DNA of 64,000 bases from Terriglobia bacterium (lineage in GTDB: Bacteria > Acidobacteriota > Polarisedimenticolia > Polarisedimenticolales > JAIQFR01). The notes below the pieces were generated by a model, which did not search any database, was not told the origin of the DNA, and saw nothing but the letters and a program-made list of their open reading frames with translations. The stretch is taken from NCBI GenBank assembly GCA_963748015.1, contig CAVVHE010000004.1, forward strand, positions 1,856,001 through 1,920,000, in the 5' to 3' direction. This document shows positions 1 to 10,519 of the stretch, one piece after another (within the stretch, counting starts at the first letter, position 1; every line of letters starts with the position of its first letter). A program made the translations under genes and the position numbers.

Positions 1-433
1 CGTGGAGCAGGTAGTCGGGGCCCTGGCGCAGCGCGGCGGGGTCCTTCGCCGCGAGCTTCTCCACCCGCTCGCCGAACCTCAAGGTGCCGCCGTGACAGCC
101 GCTCACCGTGATGAGGAAGTTCTTCCCCAAGACGAGATCGATCTCTTCCTGTTTCAACGCGCCGTCCAGTATCCGGTAGCCGTTCACCAGGACGAACGTG
201 TTGGTCGGGAAGTCGTCGATCTTGGGGACCGAGTTCTCGTCGAGGCAGTCCTCGATGGACAGAGGATGCACTCCCAGCGCCGCCACGAGAGGGTTCAGGT
301 CGTCCCGCGCCGGGTCGAAGAACTCGAGCCACGCGTAGCCGCCCCCCTCCACCGCTCGCAGCAGCTCGTCGAGCGAGGGCACCTGTCTCAGCGACCCGTC
401 GGGACCGACGTGGAAGAACCGCTTCTCGGACAT
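1..433 (-). CDS. corA: CorA family Mg2+/Co2+ transporter (N-terminal part; runs off the window edge)
   Basis: Missing from the ORF track. Manual translation from ATG at 433 (SD GGAGG upstream) gives MSEKRFFHV...YAWLEFFDP...LGVHPLSIEDCLDENSVPKIDDF...EIDLVLGKNFLITV...GPDYLLH, which carries the HPLxIED/PK and PDYLL motifs of the CorA cytoplasmic domain. Confidence 0.85.
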   Translation of the reverse strand, partial: MSEKRFFHVGPDGSLRQVPSLDELLRAVEGGGYAWLEFFDPARDDLNPLVAALGVHPLSIEDCLDENSVPKIDDFPTNTFVLVNGYRILDGALKQEEIDLVLGKNFLITVSGCHGGTLRFGERVEKLAAKDPAALRQGPDYLLH

Positions 434-463
434 GACTCCCCCTCCCTTGCCGCGTACGGCCAG

Positions 464-493
464 ATACTAACCGGCGGGAGAGAGGCCTTTCAA
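464..493 (-). promoter_or_regulatory. putative sigma70 promoter of corA
   Basis: TTGAAA-18 nt-TAGTAT on the minus strand, about 30 nt upstream of the ATG. Confidence 0.4.
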
Positions 494-840
494 GAAAAGC
501 GGGCGGCGGGCCGGAGCCGCCTCCTCGTAAGTACCCCGGCCCGCGCCCGGCGGCGTCGCGCCGCCGCCGCTGGGGGTCCCGGTCCCGGCGGCGGCGGCCC
601 GGAGCAACGCTCCCTGCCGCACCGGGGGTGGACCGCAACTCCCGCGCCAGCGCCCTCGGTCCCCGCAACCCGCTGCGGACACGACGATTCCCCTGGCGCA
701 ACCCATCTTGCCACCCGCCAACGTCCACCCGTGGACACGGGCGCGCCAAGACGGGGGGCTGCACCCGCACACACGCTCCGATTCAGATCGACGCGGCGGC
801 GGTGGCGGATGTGCGGTTCCCGTCCCCCAGCAACCAATAA

Positions 841-1407
841 TCACACCGCTGGCGCTGTCGGAGGCGGTGGCGGAGCGTAGTCGTCGGCGACCGGGGGCGG
901 CATCTGCGCGGGGGGCGAATAGCGGAAGACCGCGCCGCCGATCAACCCTCCGATCGTCGAGAAGATCGCGGCGACGAGGATCATCAGGAAGAACCCCATC
1001 ACGAACGAGGCGATCGTGGGGGACGCGTCGGCGGCCTGGCGGAGCATCTGCTCGATCGTGTCGCGGTTCTCCGCGGGGATATTCGGGAGACCTCGGAGCA
1101 GCGAGAGCATCGCGCGCGCGGCGGGATCGCCGATCGTGAGGCGGATCGCCGTCTCGAGCAGGCTCTCGGTCATCGCGTAAAACGCCCCCGCGACGAGACC
1201 CACCATCGCCCCGGAGCCCGGCGAGAAGGCCACGCCGTCCCGCCGGCAGTGGCCGGAATAGAGGCGCGAGGCGAAGAAGCCGCAACCCACGACGAGGGCG
1301 CAGCAGGCGCAGTTGATCAGGTTCAGGAACGGGACGGCGGCAACCGCCCCGAACACCACGCCCGCGGTCAGCGTGGGCCGGAGCAGATCGGGCGATCGTT
1401 GGTCCAT
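841..1407 (-). CDS. hypothetical integral membrane protein (NCACC motif, Pro-rich tail)
   Basis: From MDQRSPDLLRP (SD GGAGG): four hydrophobic segments, PFLNLINCACC motif, C-terminal poly-Pro. Confidence 0.7.
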   Translation of the reverse strand: MDQRSPDLLRPTLTAGVVFGAVAAVPFLNLINCACCALVVGCGFFASRLYSGHCRRDGVAFSPGSGAMVGLVAGAFYAMTESLLETAIRLTIGDPAARAMLSLLRGLPNIPAENRDTIEQMLRQAADASPTIASFVMGFFLMILVAAIFSTIGGLIGGAVFRYSPPAQMPPPVADDYAPPPPPTAPAV

Positions 1408-1895
1408 CGGTGTCCTCCGAGATCGGCGAGCCCGGCGGCAAGGTAGAGCCCCGCGGCGAACCCCGCGGGGAGGGAGATCAGGAATCGCGGCGCGCTCGGC
1501 AGCCCGGCTCCTCCCGAGAGCACGACCAGCGCATCGAGCGCCGTCGGCGCCGCCGCGAGCGCGAGCCACCGCAGGCCCGCCGGCACGCGGGGCGTCTCGC
1601 GGCGGAGCGCCGCGAAGAGGAGTGCCAGCGCCCCGCCGAGATAGAGCCCCTCGCAGCGCGCGCACACCGCGGGCGACAAGCCCATCGAGGTCAGGGAGCG
1701 GGACGGAAGCTGGTGGCAGAGAGGATGGAACGCGACCCGGAGCGCGGCCCCGCCGGGGATCCCCGAGCCGTCGAGCCAGGCCGGCAGCAGCGTCGCAATC
1801 AGGAACGCGAACGCCGCGACGGCGCCGAGCCGGACGGCCCAGCGTCCGCCGGTCAGCGATTGCTCCCCCACCCTCCGGCCGCCGCCCGAATCCAC
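1368..1895 (-). CDS. DUF2085 family predicted membrane protein
   Basis: CHQLPSRS...VCARCEGLYLG and PxxLD motifs; start codon uncertain. Confidence 0.8.
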   Translation of the reverse strand: MDSGGGRRVGEQSLTGGRWAVRLGAVAAFAFLIATLLPAWLDGSGIPGGAALRVAFHPLCHQLPSRSLTSMGLSPAVCARCEGLYLGGALALLFAALRRETPRVPAGLRWLALAAAPTALDALVVLSGGAGLPSAPRFLISLPAGFAAGLYLAAGLADLGGHRWTNDRPICSGPR

Positions 1896-1977
1896 GCCCC
1901 CTCCGAGAAAGAAGGGATTCTACTACCGCGCCCGCGTTCGAGTGCGAACTTCCGGCCGCGTGCACTAAAATGCGCGC

Positions 1978-3765
1978 GTGATGAAGAAACCCACGCAGGC
2001 AGCGGCGTCGAGATCTTCCGCCATCCGGCCGAGCCCGGGACAGGCCTCGCTATTCGGCGACCCCCAATCGGAAGCGCCCGCGCTGGTCGCCGCCCCCGCG
2101 GCCGCGATGGGGGCGGAGCCCCGCCGCCCATCCGGCGCGCGGGAGCCGTCCGCCCCGCCGCTTCGCGCGGCGCCCGCTCCCCCGGAAGAGAAGCGGGCGC
2201 GCAGGGCGAGCGCGAAGCGCGAGGACGCGGTCTCGATGGGCGCGCGGCAGCGCGAGATCTCGATCTCCGAGTTCTTCACCAAGAACCGCCACCTGCTCGG
2301 GTTCGACAACCCGCAGAAGGCGCTCCTCACCGCGGTCAAGGAGGCCGTGGACAACTCCCTCGACGCGTGCGAGGAGGCCGGGATCCTCCCCGAGCTGACG
2401 ATCGAGATCGCCGAGATCGCCGAGAACCGGTTCCGGGTCGCGATCGAGGACAACGGCCCGGGCATCGTGCGGCTGCAGATCCCCAAGATCTTCGGGAAGC
2501 TCCTCTACGGCTCGAAGTTCCACCGGCTGAAGCAGCAGCGCGGCCAGCAGGGAATCGGCATCTCGGCCGCGGGCATGTACGGCCAGCTCACGACCGGCAG
2601 CCCGGTGCGGATCCTGTCGCGCATCGGGGCGAAGAAGCCCGCCCACCTGTTCGAGATCGCCATCGACACGCAGAAGAACGCGCCGGTCGTCTTGAAGGAC
2701 GAGGAGACCGAGTGGGACCGGCCGCACGGCACGCGCGTCGAGATCGAGATGGAGGCGATCTACAAGAAGGGGCGCCGCTCGGTGGACGACTACGTCGAGC
2801 AGACGGCGCTCGCGAACCCGCACGCGACCGTCCGCTACGTCACCCCCAAGGAAGAGCCCCGGGTCTTCGAGCGCGTGGCGGCCGAGCTGCCGCGCGAGTC
2901 GCTCGAGATCAAGCCGCACCCCTACGGCGTCGAGCTGGGCATCCTGATCCAGATGCTCAAGGACACGCATGCGAGGAACCTCAGGACGGCGCTCAGGACC
3001 GACTTCTCCCGCGTCAGCGACGGGGTGGCCGAGGAGATCTGCCGGGTGGCGGGGCTGTCCCCCGACGCGCGCCCGCACCGCGTGACGCCGGGCCAGGTCG
3101 AGCTGCTCTTCCACGCGATCTCGAAGGTCAAGATCATGGCCCCGCCGACCGCGTGCCTCTCGCCGATCGGCGAGGACCTGCTCGCCCGCGGCCTCGAGAC
3201 CCGGGTCAAGCCCGAGTTCGCCACCGCGGTCACGCGGCCGCCTGCGGTCTACCGCGGCAACCCGTTCCAGGTCGAGGTCGGCCTCGCGTACGGCGGCGGC
3301 CTCCCGGGCGACGAGCCGATCGAGCTGTTCCGCTTCGCGAACCGCGTCCCGCTGCAGTACCAGCAGTCGGCCTGCGCGATCACGAAGGGCGCGCTGACCG
3401 TGGACTGGAAGAGCTACGGGCTGCAGCAGGCCCGGGGGGCGCTGCCCGTCGGCCCCGCGGTGCTGTTGGTCCACATCGCCTCGGTCTGGGTGCCGTTCAC
3501 GTCCGAGTCCAAGGAAGCGGTGGCGTCCTACCCCGAGATCGTGAAGGAGATCCGCCTCGCGCTGATGGAAGCCGGCCGCCGGCTCGGCTCGTTCGTGCGG
3601 CACCGCCGCCGCGTCGCGGACGAGGAGAAGAAGCGCTCCTACATCGAGAAGTACATCCCGCACATCGGCGACGCCTTGAAGCAGATCCTCGGCCTGTCCG
3701 ACGCGAGGCGCAACAGCACCGTCGAGGACCTCAAGAGCATCCTCGAGCGCAGCCGGAAGATCTGA
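1978..3765 (+). CDS. top6B: DNA topoisomerase VI subunit B
   Basis: ISISEFFTKNRHLLGF, GHKL motifs KEAVDNSLDACE / DNGPGI / GSKF..RGQQGIGIS / HGT, H2TH region, RFANRVPL, WKSYGL, FTSESKEA transducer lysine. Confidence 0.95.
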   Translation: MMKKPTQAAASRSSAIRPSPGQASLFGDPQSEAPALVAAPAAAMGAEPRRPSGAREPSAPPLRAAPAPPEEKRARRASAKREDAVSMGARQREISISEFFTKNRHLLGFDNPQKALLTAVKEAVDNSLDACEEAGILPELTIEIAEIAENRFRVAIEDNGPGIVRLQIPKIFGKLLYGSKFHRLKQQRGQQGIGISAAGMYGQLTTGSPVRILSRIGAKKPAHLFEIAIDTQKNAPVVLKDEETEWDRPHGTRVEIEMEAIYKKGRRSVDDYVEQTALANPHATVRYVTPKEEPRVFERVAAELPRESLEIKPHPYGVELGILIQMLKDTHARNLRTALRTDFSRVSDGVAEEICRVAGLSPDARPHRVTPGQVELLFHAISKVKIMAPPTACLSPIGEDLLARGLETRVKPEFATAVTRPPAVYRGNPFQVEVGLAYGGGLPGDEPIELFRFANRVPLQYQQSACAITKGALTVDWKSYGLQQARGALPVGPAVLLVHIASVWVPFTSESKEAVASYPEIVKEIRLALMEAGRRLGSFVRHRRRVADEEKKRSYIEKYIPHIGDALKQILGLSDARRNSTVEDLKSILERSRKI

Positions 3766-3778
3766 GGCGGGTCTCGTC

Positions 3779-5949
3779 TCAGCGAGGTGCCGCCGGGGCG
3801 CCCCCGGCGCGCGTCACGGACAGTTCCCGTCGCGCCATCGCCAGAGGCTCGTCGCCCCGGAGCACCGTCACCTCGTACCGGAACGAGCCGTCCCCGAGCG
3901 TCGACGCCGGGATCACGTCCCGCACCTGGGCGCAGGGATCGCCGGCCGGGTCGAGCGAGACGGGCTGGAACGTGAAGTCCGTCTCCCCCACCAGGTGACG
4001 CTCGATCCGGAGGGCCGACTTTCGCCCTTCCCCCGGCACACGTATCCGACGAGCGCCGTCGGCAGCTCGCTCTTCAGCGGCTCTCCCTCCACCCGGACGA
4101 CGGAACCGGTCGAGCGGGGCGCCCTGTCGTCGCGGAGGAACCAGCCCCTTCCCGGTTGCAGCGCCACGGGCGCGGTGACCACGGCGCCCTCGTTCCCCGC
4201 CTCCGGCCCGACGACCTCGAACTGCCCCGAGAGCAGCGTGTCGATCTCGGCGTTCTCCGCCACGGCCACGACCTGGTAGACGCCCGGCGGAAGGGTCAAG
4301 ACGTGCTCCACGACCAGAGGCTCGGCGGAGTGGCGGGCCGTGACGCTCCGCTCGAACTCCTGCACGACGCTCCCCTTCGAGACGATCGCCGCCGACACGG
4401 TCCAGGCCGCCCCTTCCGGCCCGCCGTCGGGAATGGCCACCTGGAACAGCTCCGAGTACTTCCTGCCGTCGAAGCCGACCGGGACGGCGCCGAGGCTCAG
4501 CGCCGCGCCGTTGGCCCTCGGCTCGAGGAACGCCGAGAGCCGCCGCGACTCGGCGAGGGTCTTCTCGCTCGGAACCACGATCCGCGACCGGGCCCGCACG
4601 ACCGCGTCCGGCCGGCTCACCGCGATGCGGACGGGAAGCGGCTGATCCTGGGGCAGCGAGCCGGGAGGGAAGCTCACGAGGTACAGGCACTCCATGTCGC
4701 GCGAGATCGTCCCGGCGATCGACGCCATGGAGACCCCCTCGAGGAACGCCTTCCCGCCGGTTTCGAGCGACAGGCTCGACAGCGTGTCCTTGGCATCCCG
4801 CAGCCCGAGGCCGTCCGCGGTCATCCCGGCCGCCTGGACGGCGTAGACCCTCGCGCCCACGTTGCCCGCCATCTCGATCGCGCGCCCGAAGTAGCCTTCG
4901 ACGTCGCGGACGCCGGAGTACTCGGGCGTGCGGCTCCTGTACGCTCCCTCCTGGCTCATGGCCTTGTCGAGCGTCTGGAAATAGTGCGCGCCGGCGTTCA
5001 ATCGGAGGTTGTCCGCGAAGTAGACCACGGCCTTGGGCGCCCTCACGCCGGAGAGTCGGAGAAGCGCGAGGCGGAAGCGGTCCAGGGCGGACTCGGCTCG
5101 GTGCATCTCGTCGCGCTGCAGCTCCTTGGCCATGTCCTCGAGCACGTACCAGGTACTCGCCGTCGACGATCTCTGGCTCTCGTAGCCCGACTGCTCTCGC
5201 GGGTCGCCAGCCTTCTGCATGTCGCCGACGTGGATGATCGTCTTGGGCCTCATGCTCCTCGGGGCGTTGTTGGGGGTCACGCCCTGGACTCTCTCGCTGT
5301 AGCCCCCGGTTGCCCTCTCGTAGGCGGCCTCGTCGCTCCTCGATTGCCTCGCCTCGTCGCTGGCCGCCTGCTCCAACCCGCCGGCCCGCACCCGTTCGAG
5401 CTCGGCGTAGTTGTCCTGTCTCGAGGTGTCGAGCTGCAGCCGGTCCAGGGCCGCGAGCAGCTTGCCCGAGTCGTCGGTGAGGCCCGAGAACGCAACGAGG
5501 TCGCGGCCGTTCGAGATCACGATCCCCCGGTTGCCGCCGACGACCAGCGTCCGCACCAGCTCGCGAGCGACGTCCAGGGCGCGGTCGCGCCCGGCGTACG
5601 TCATGTGCGGCTCGTCGAAATAGAAGAGATACGACGCGATCGCGGGCGTGCTCGCCGGTGCAGAAGCCACCGTCGCGGGCGCGGTCGGCGCCGCCGGCGA
5701 GCAGATCCGGTCGAGGGTGAAGTCGCGGACGAGCGTCTTCCCGACCTTCACCTCCAGATCGCCCGGCTGGACGTCCACGGGCGAGCCGTCCCGCCGGGTC
5801 ACGCTCAGGTCGATCTGGACCAGGCGGGTGCCCGCCTTCTCGACCAGGCCGAGGTCCTTCGGTTTCTCTTTCTCCTTGGCGACGCCGATCGTGGCGAGCA
5901 AGGCGACCGCCGCGAGGCATGCGAACCGGGTCCGCGACGCTCGACGCAT
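3779..5949 (-). CDS. secreted VWA-domain protein (acidobacterial VWFA-related), apparent frameshift near 4022
   Basis: Signal peptide, LVQIDLSVT, LFYFD, PKAVVYF, LSLETGG, YLVSF. The C-terminus continues in the 3779 frame (KSALRIERHLVGE...FRYEVTV). Confidence 0.7.
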
Positions 5950-6097
5950 GGCGTTTCCCCGTTCCGGTTGGCGGCGCTCGCGGCCGGGCGGACCGCCTCC
6001 CCTCTCCGCGCCCTTTTACGCCCGATGCGGAGCCGGCGCAAGTCCCGAGGGCCCGCCCTGCTGCGTGCACGCACCCAGGCCGGGCGGCGGGGCTCCG

Positions 6098-8407
6098 CTA
6101 CATCACCCAGGCGTATCCGAGCTTGACGAAGACGGTGCGGTTGGTCTGCGTCACGGCGAAGGCGGTCTCGCCTGCGCGCCGTTCGGAGTAGCCGGCAAAG
6201 ATGACGGTTTGCGGGTTGACCTTGTAGGAGAAGAGCAACTGGCTCGACAGGGTGCGGGACTGTTCCGGGACCGTGCTCGGGTCCGGATAGAGCTCCGGCG
6301 TGCGCCGCAGCGCCTGGTACTGGAGGATCGCGCGGAAGAACGCGCGGACCGTGAAGTGGTAGGCCAGCCGGAGCTGCGTCAGGTTCGCGCGGTAGAGGCG
6401 GCCTTCCGGAAGATCGAACATCTCCAAGGTGTGATCGAGCTGCAGCCGCAGGTGCCGCCGGTCGTACGTCAGCCCGGGAAACAAGCGCAGGACGCGCCCG
6501 AGGCGGGGCTCCCCCGGGGGGCTCTCGTAGTCCACCTGGTCGCCGACGCGCCCGCCGAGCGAGCAGGTGAAGTCGCCCGTCGGGCGGATGTTGTAGAACC
6601 ACTCCAGGTTCCACTTGTCGAACGTCGTCCCGTCGTAGAACTCCTTCTGGCGCGCCGCCTCCATCTCGAGCCACGACTGGTAAGGCCCCTGCGCGTAGAA
6701 GGTCGCCTCGATCGCCTCGTCCGTCAGCAGCCCGTCGTGGTCCTCGACCCGCTCGTACATGCCGCCGACTCGGAGCAGGTTGACCGTCGCCCCCGGCTTC
6801 CCCCACCAGATCTTCTCGCCGCCCACCTCGGCCTGTCGCGTGTCCACTCGCGGGATGAAGCCGAGATCGGCCCGGAAGCCGCGCCCGAGGTCGCTGTACC
6901 CCGCCCACCCGTTCCAACCGCGGGACTCGTGCTGGTACGACACGCTCAGGAGCGAGGTGCCTCCCTCGACGGGAGGCGGAGGCGTCCCCGGGTCGCCTTC
7001 GTAGTAGTGCACCTGTTCCGGATACTCGGTCGAGGACCCGAGCGCCTGGAAGACGATCTTCTCCGTGTCGTTCAGGCGGAAGAGGCCGTCGATCCCCCCG
7101 ACGCGGTTGGAGTACCCCTCCCCTTCTCTCGCGGTGACGAGGGCGCCGAGCGTCGACGATTTCCCGACATCCATGCGATAGCGGGCGATCAATGCGTCGG
7201 AGCCCGATCCGAGGGTTGCGCTCGAGGAGCCCTGGTTCGAGGGGAAGAGTAGGTTCGTCTCCGTGTCGTGGCCCACGAAGAAGCCGAGCGCGCTCCTCCC
7301 CTGCTTCCCCGAAACCTTGGCCCCCCAGGACGGATCCGCGATGGTGCGCGTGTAGACCGCCTGGTGGGGCGTCTCGAAGTAGTCGGCCCCCTCGAGGAAA
7401 GCGGCCGCTTCTCCGGGTAGTAGAGCGCGAACCGCGTGTTGACCGAGAGCTGCTCCGAGTCCGCCTCGACCTGCGAGAAATCGGGGTTGAGCGCGCCGTT
7501 CAGGCTCAGGCCGGGAGTGAAGCCCCAGCGTGCGGTGAGCCCGAGGTCGGTCTTGAAATCTCCGTTCTCCATCGGCGCGGTCAGGGATTCGCCGGGGCGC
7601 TCATCGGTCCGGTTCGCGGTCGCCGTGGGGATGAGGTCCAGGTTGCGGCCCGGCTCGATCCCCTCGAAGCCGTTGATCTTCACGTTTTGGCAGACGAAGC
7701 AGTTCCGGTTTCGGTCGATCGGGATCACCGACAGCTGGTGGCGCACCGTGCGCGGGTAGCTCCTCGTCGCGAGGAGGCCCCAGGGGCGGCCGTTCGAGGA
7801 CCGCGGAAAGCGGAGCGAGGTGAACGGGATCGCCATCTCGACCTCGTACCCTTCCGCCGTGATCCGGCCGGCCGAGTTCCAGATGGCGTCCCAGGCGAAG
7901 TCCTCGCCGTTTCCCACGTCGTTGAGGGTCCCGTCCGCCTGCACGCCCAGCGCGTTGGCGTGGAACTCGAACGCGCGCCGGTCGTCGCCGAACGTGTCCA
8001 GGACAGAATCCCGACGAAATCGTCGCGGAACAGGGCGTCGCGGTCCGAGATGTGCGCGCGGATGCGGGAAGGCTCGGGGTCGAACGCCTTGAAGCCACGT
8101 ACAGGTACTTGTCGTCGTAGGCGACGTAGCACTCGGTGCGCACCGGCGCCTCGACGTTCTCCGCCGGCCGGAACTCGTAGGGCAGGTCGAGGCGCAGCGC
8201 GCCGGCCCACCCCGCGTCGTCGAGCGCGCCGTCGATCTTGATCGGGGCCGGGGTCCGGGGGACGTTCAGGGGCTGCCCGGGCGGTCCGGGTGGCGGCGGC
8301 GGTCCCGGTGGTCCGGGCGGGGCCTGCGCGCGCGCCGCCGGTCCTACGAGAAAGATGGACGCAGCCAGGAGGCAGACTGCGGCGATCTTGGCAAAAAGGG
8401 CGCGCAT
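6098..8407 (-). pseudogene. CBM9-like sugar-binding domain plus DUF5916 outer-membrane protein, split by 3 frameshifts (near 8093, 8005, 7400; possibly sequencing errors)
   Basis: Signal peptide MRALFAK, IKIDGALDD..W, WDAIWNSAG..GYEVEMAIPFTSLRF, NPDFSQVEAD..RFALYYPEKRP, C-terminal FVKLGYAW; pieces lie in successive frames. Confidence 0.8.
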
Positions 8408-8471
8408 GCGTCTCCCGTAGTACGAGCCGGCTTCCCGAAAGTTGCGGGATGACCGGCGGAAGCCGGCGGGC

Positions 8472-10400
8472 TCACTCCGCCGCAATCTCCTCCCACCTGG
8501 AATAGAGCGCTCGGAGGCGGTCCTCGGCCTCCTGGCGCTCCCGGCCGATGTCCTTGGCCCGCCTGGCGTCGCGGTACACGGACGGGTCGGCCTGGAGCGC
8601 GGCCAGCTCCCGCACCCGCTCCTCGATCGCCGCGATCTCGGCCTCGATCGGGGCCAAGCGCTGCTCCGCCGCCTGCTTCTCGCGGTAGCGCCGGTTGCGC
8701 TCCTCCGCCTCGGCCCGCTTCAGGTCGCGCGCCCGTTGCCGCGCCCCCGCGGGCTCGTCGTCCGCCGCGTCGGCCTCCTCCGCGGACTCCTCCTCGACGC
8801 GGCGCCGCCGCTCCACGAACGTGTCGTAGTCGCCCGGATAGACGTCCACCTTCCCGCCGCCCACCTCGGCGATCGAGGTGGAGATCCGGTTGATGAAGTA
8901 CCGGTCGTGGGAGATCACGACGAGGGTCCCGTCGTACTCGTCGAGCGCGTCCTCCAGGACCTCGCGGCTCCTGAGGTCGAGGTGGTTCGTCGGCTCGTCG
9001 AGGAGGAGCAGGTTCGCGGGGCGAACGAGCATCTTCGCGAGTGCCAGCCTCGCCTTCTCCCCGCCGGAGAGGACGCCGACCGCCTTGTCCACGTCCTCGC
9101 CCGAGAAGAGGAAGCAGCCGAGGAGCGACCGGAGGCGCTGGACCATCCCGGCATCGGCCACCTTCTCCATCTCCTCGAGAACCGTGCACTTCGGGTCGAG
9201 CGCGTCGAGCTGGTGCTGGGCGTAGTACTTCACGATCACCTGGTGGCCGAGGTCGAGCCGCCCGTCGTCGGGCAGGAGCCGCCCGGCGAGGAGCTTCAAG
9301 AGCGTCGACTTCCCCGCGCCGTTCGGCCCCACGAGGGCGACCCGCTCGCCGCGCCGCAGGAGGAGATCGGCGTCGCGGTACACGACGTTGGCGCCGAAGG
9401 CCTTCGAGAAGCGCTCGCCGCGGACGACGTCGTCGCCGGAACGCGGGGCGGGCGGGAAGCCGAAGCGGATCCGCCGGGTGCGCGAGGGTGCTTCGATCCG
9501 CTCGATCTTCTCGAGTGCCTTGAGCCTCGACTGGACCTGCCGGGCCTTGGTGGCCTTGTACCGGAAGCGCTCGACGAACCTCTCCACCCGCGCGATCTCG
9601 CGCGTCTGGAGTCTCGCCGCTTCCTCCAGGGCCGCTAGGCGCTCCTCGCGCTCGGCGAGGTAGTCGTCGTAGTTCCCCTTGTAGACCGTGAGGCGCCCGC
9701 GCTCGAGCTCGACGATCTCCCCGACCATGCGGTTCAGGAAGTAACGGTCGTGCGACACGACGACGAACGCCCCCTCGAACGACTCGAGGAACTGCTCGAG
9801 CCAGGCGATCGCCTCGAGGTCCAGGTGATTCGTCGGCTCGTCCAGCAGCAGGAGGTCGGGCGCTCCGAGGAGCAGGCGGGCCAGCGCGACCCGCATCCGC
9901 CAGCCCCCCGAGAGGTCTGCGATCGGGGCATGGAAGCGGGCCTCCTCGACACCCAGCCCCGTCAGGATCGCCTTGGCTCTCGCCTCGACCCGGTCGCCGC
10001 CTAGCGCCTCGAAGCGGTGCCGCGCGTCGCCGTACGCCGCGGCGACCGATTCGAACTCGGAATCGCCCGGCTGCATCCCGGCCATCCGCCGCTCGAGCCG
10101 CTCGAGCTCGTCCTCGAGCTTGCGGAGCTCGCCGAAGCCGTCGAGGACCACCGAGAGCACGCTCCCGTCGGAAACCGTCTCCACCTCCTGGGACAGGTAC
10201 CCGACCCGGAGCGCGGACGGCCGGCTCACGTCCCCCGCGTCGGGGGCGTCGAGGCCGGCGAGGATGCGGAGGATGGTCGTCTTTCCCGCGCCGTTCGGGC
10301 CGACGAGGCCGAGGCGCGCGCCGCGAGGGATCATCCACGACAGGCCGTCGAAGAGAATGCGCGCGCCGAACTGGCGGCGGACCTTGTCGAGATGGATCAT
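8472..10400 (-). CDS. ABC-F family ATP-binding protein (Uup/YheS-like)
   Basis: Two ABC domains (GPNGAGKT/S, LSGG, LLLDEPTNHLD twice), interdomain linker, C-terminal coiled coil, no TM segments. Confidence 0.93.
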   Translation of the reverse strand: MIHLDKVRRQFGARILFDGLSWMIPRGARLGLVGPNGAGKTTILRILAGLDAPDAGDVSRPSALRVGYLSQEVETVSDGSVLSVVLDGFGELRKLEDELERLERRMAGMQPGDSEFESVAAAYGDARHRFEALGGDRVEARAKAILTGLGVEEARFHAPIADLSGGWRMRVALARLLLGAPDLLLLDEPTNHLDLEAIAWLEQFLESFEGAFVVVSHDRYFLNRMVGEIVELERGRLTVYKGNYDDYLAEREERLAALEEAARLQTREIARVERFVERFRYKATKARQVQSRLKALEKIERIEAPSRTRRIRFGFPPAPRSGDDVVRGERFSKAFGANVVYRDADLLLRRGERVALVGPNGAGKSTLLKLLAGRLLPDDGRLDLGHQVIVKYYAQHQLDALDPKCTVLEEMEKVADAGMVQRLRSLLGCFLFSGEDVDKAVGVLSGGEKARLALAKMLVRPANLLLLDEPTNHLDLRSREVLEDALDEYDGTLVVISHDRYFINRISTSIAEVGGGKVDVYPGDYDTFVERRRRVEEESAEEADAADDEPAGARQRARDLKRAEAEERNRRYREKQAAEQRLAPIEAEIAAIEERVRELAALQADPSVYRDARRAKDIGRERQEAEDRLRALYSRWEEIAAE

Positions 10401-10519
10401 GCCGGGAGAAGCCCTCGGGTGGTCCCGGAAGTTGCTGACATCGCGAGACCGGCCCGCTATTGTAGAGGACCGGCGCCAGGGCGCTCCACCAGCCGTCCCA
10501 GGCGCCTCGGAGTGCCGCC

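Noticed and set aside
434..840. Mg/Mn riboswitch upstream of corA
   Set aside because: Only generic GC hairpins; the predicted promoter is about 30 nt from the start, leaving no room for an aptamer.
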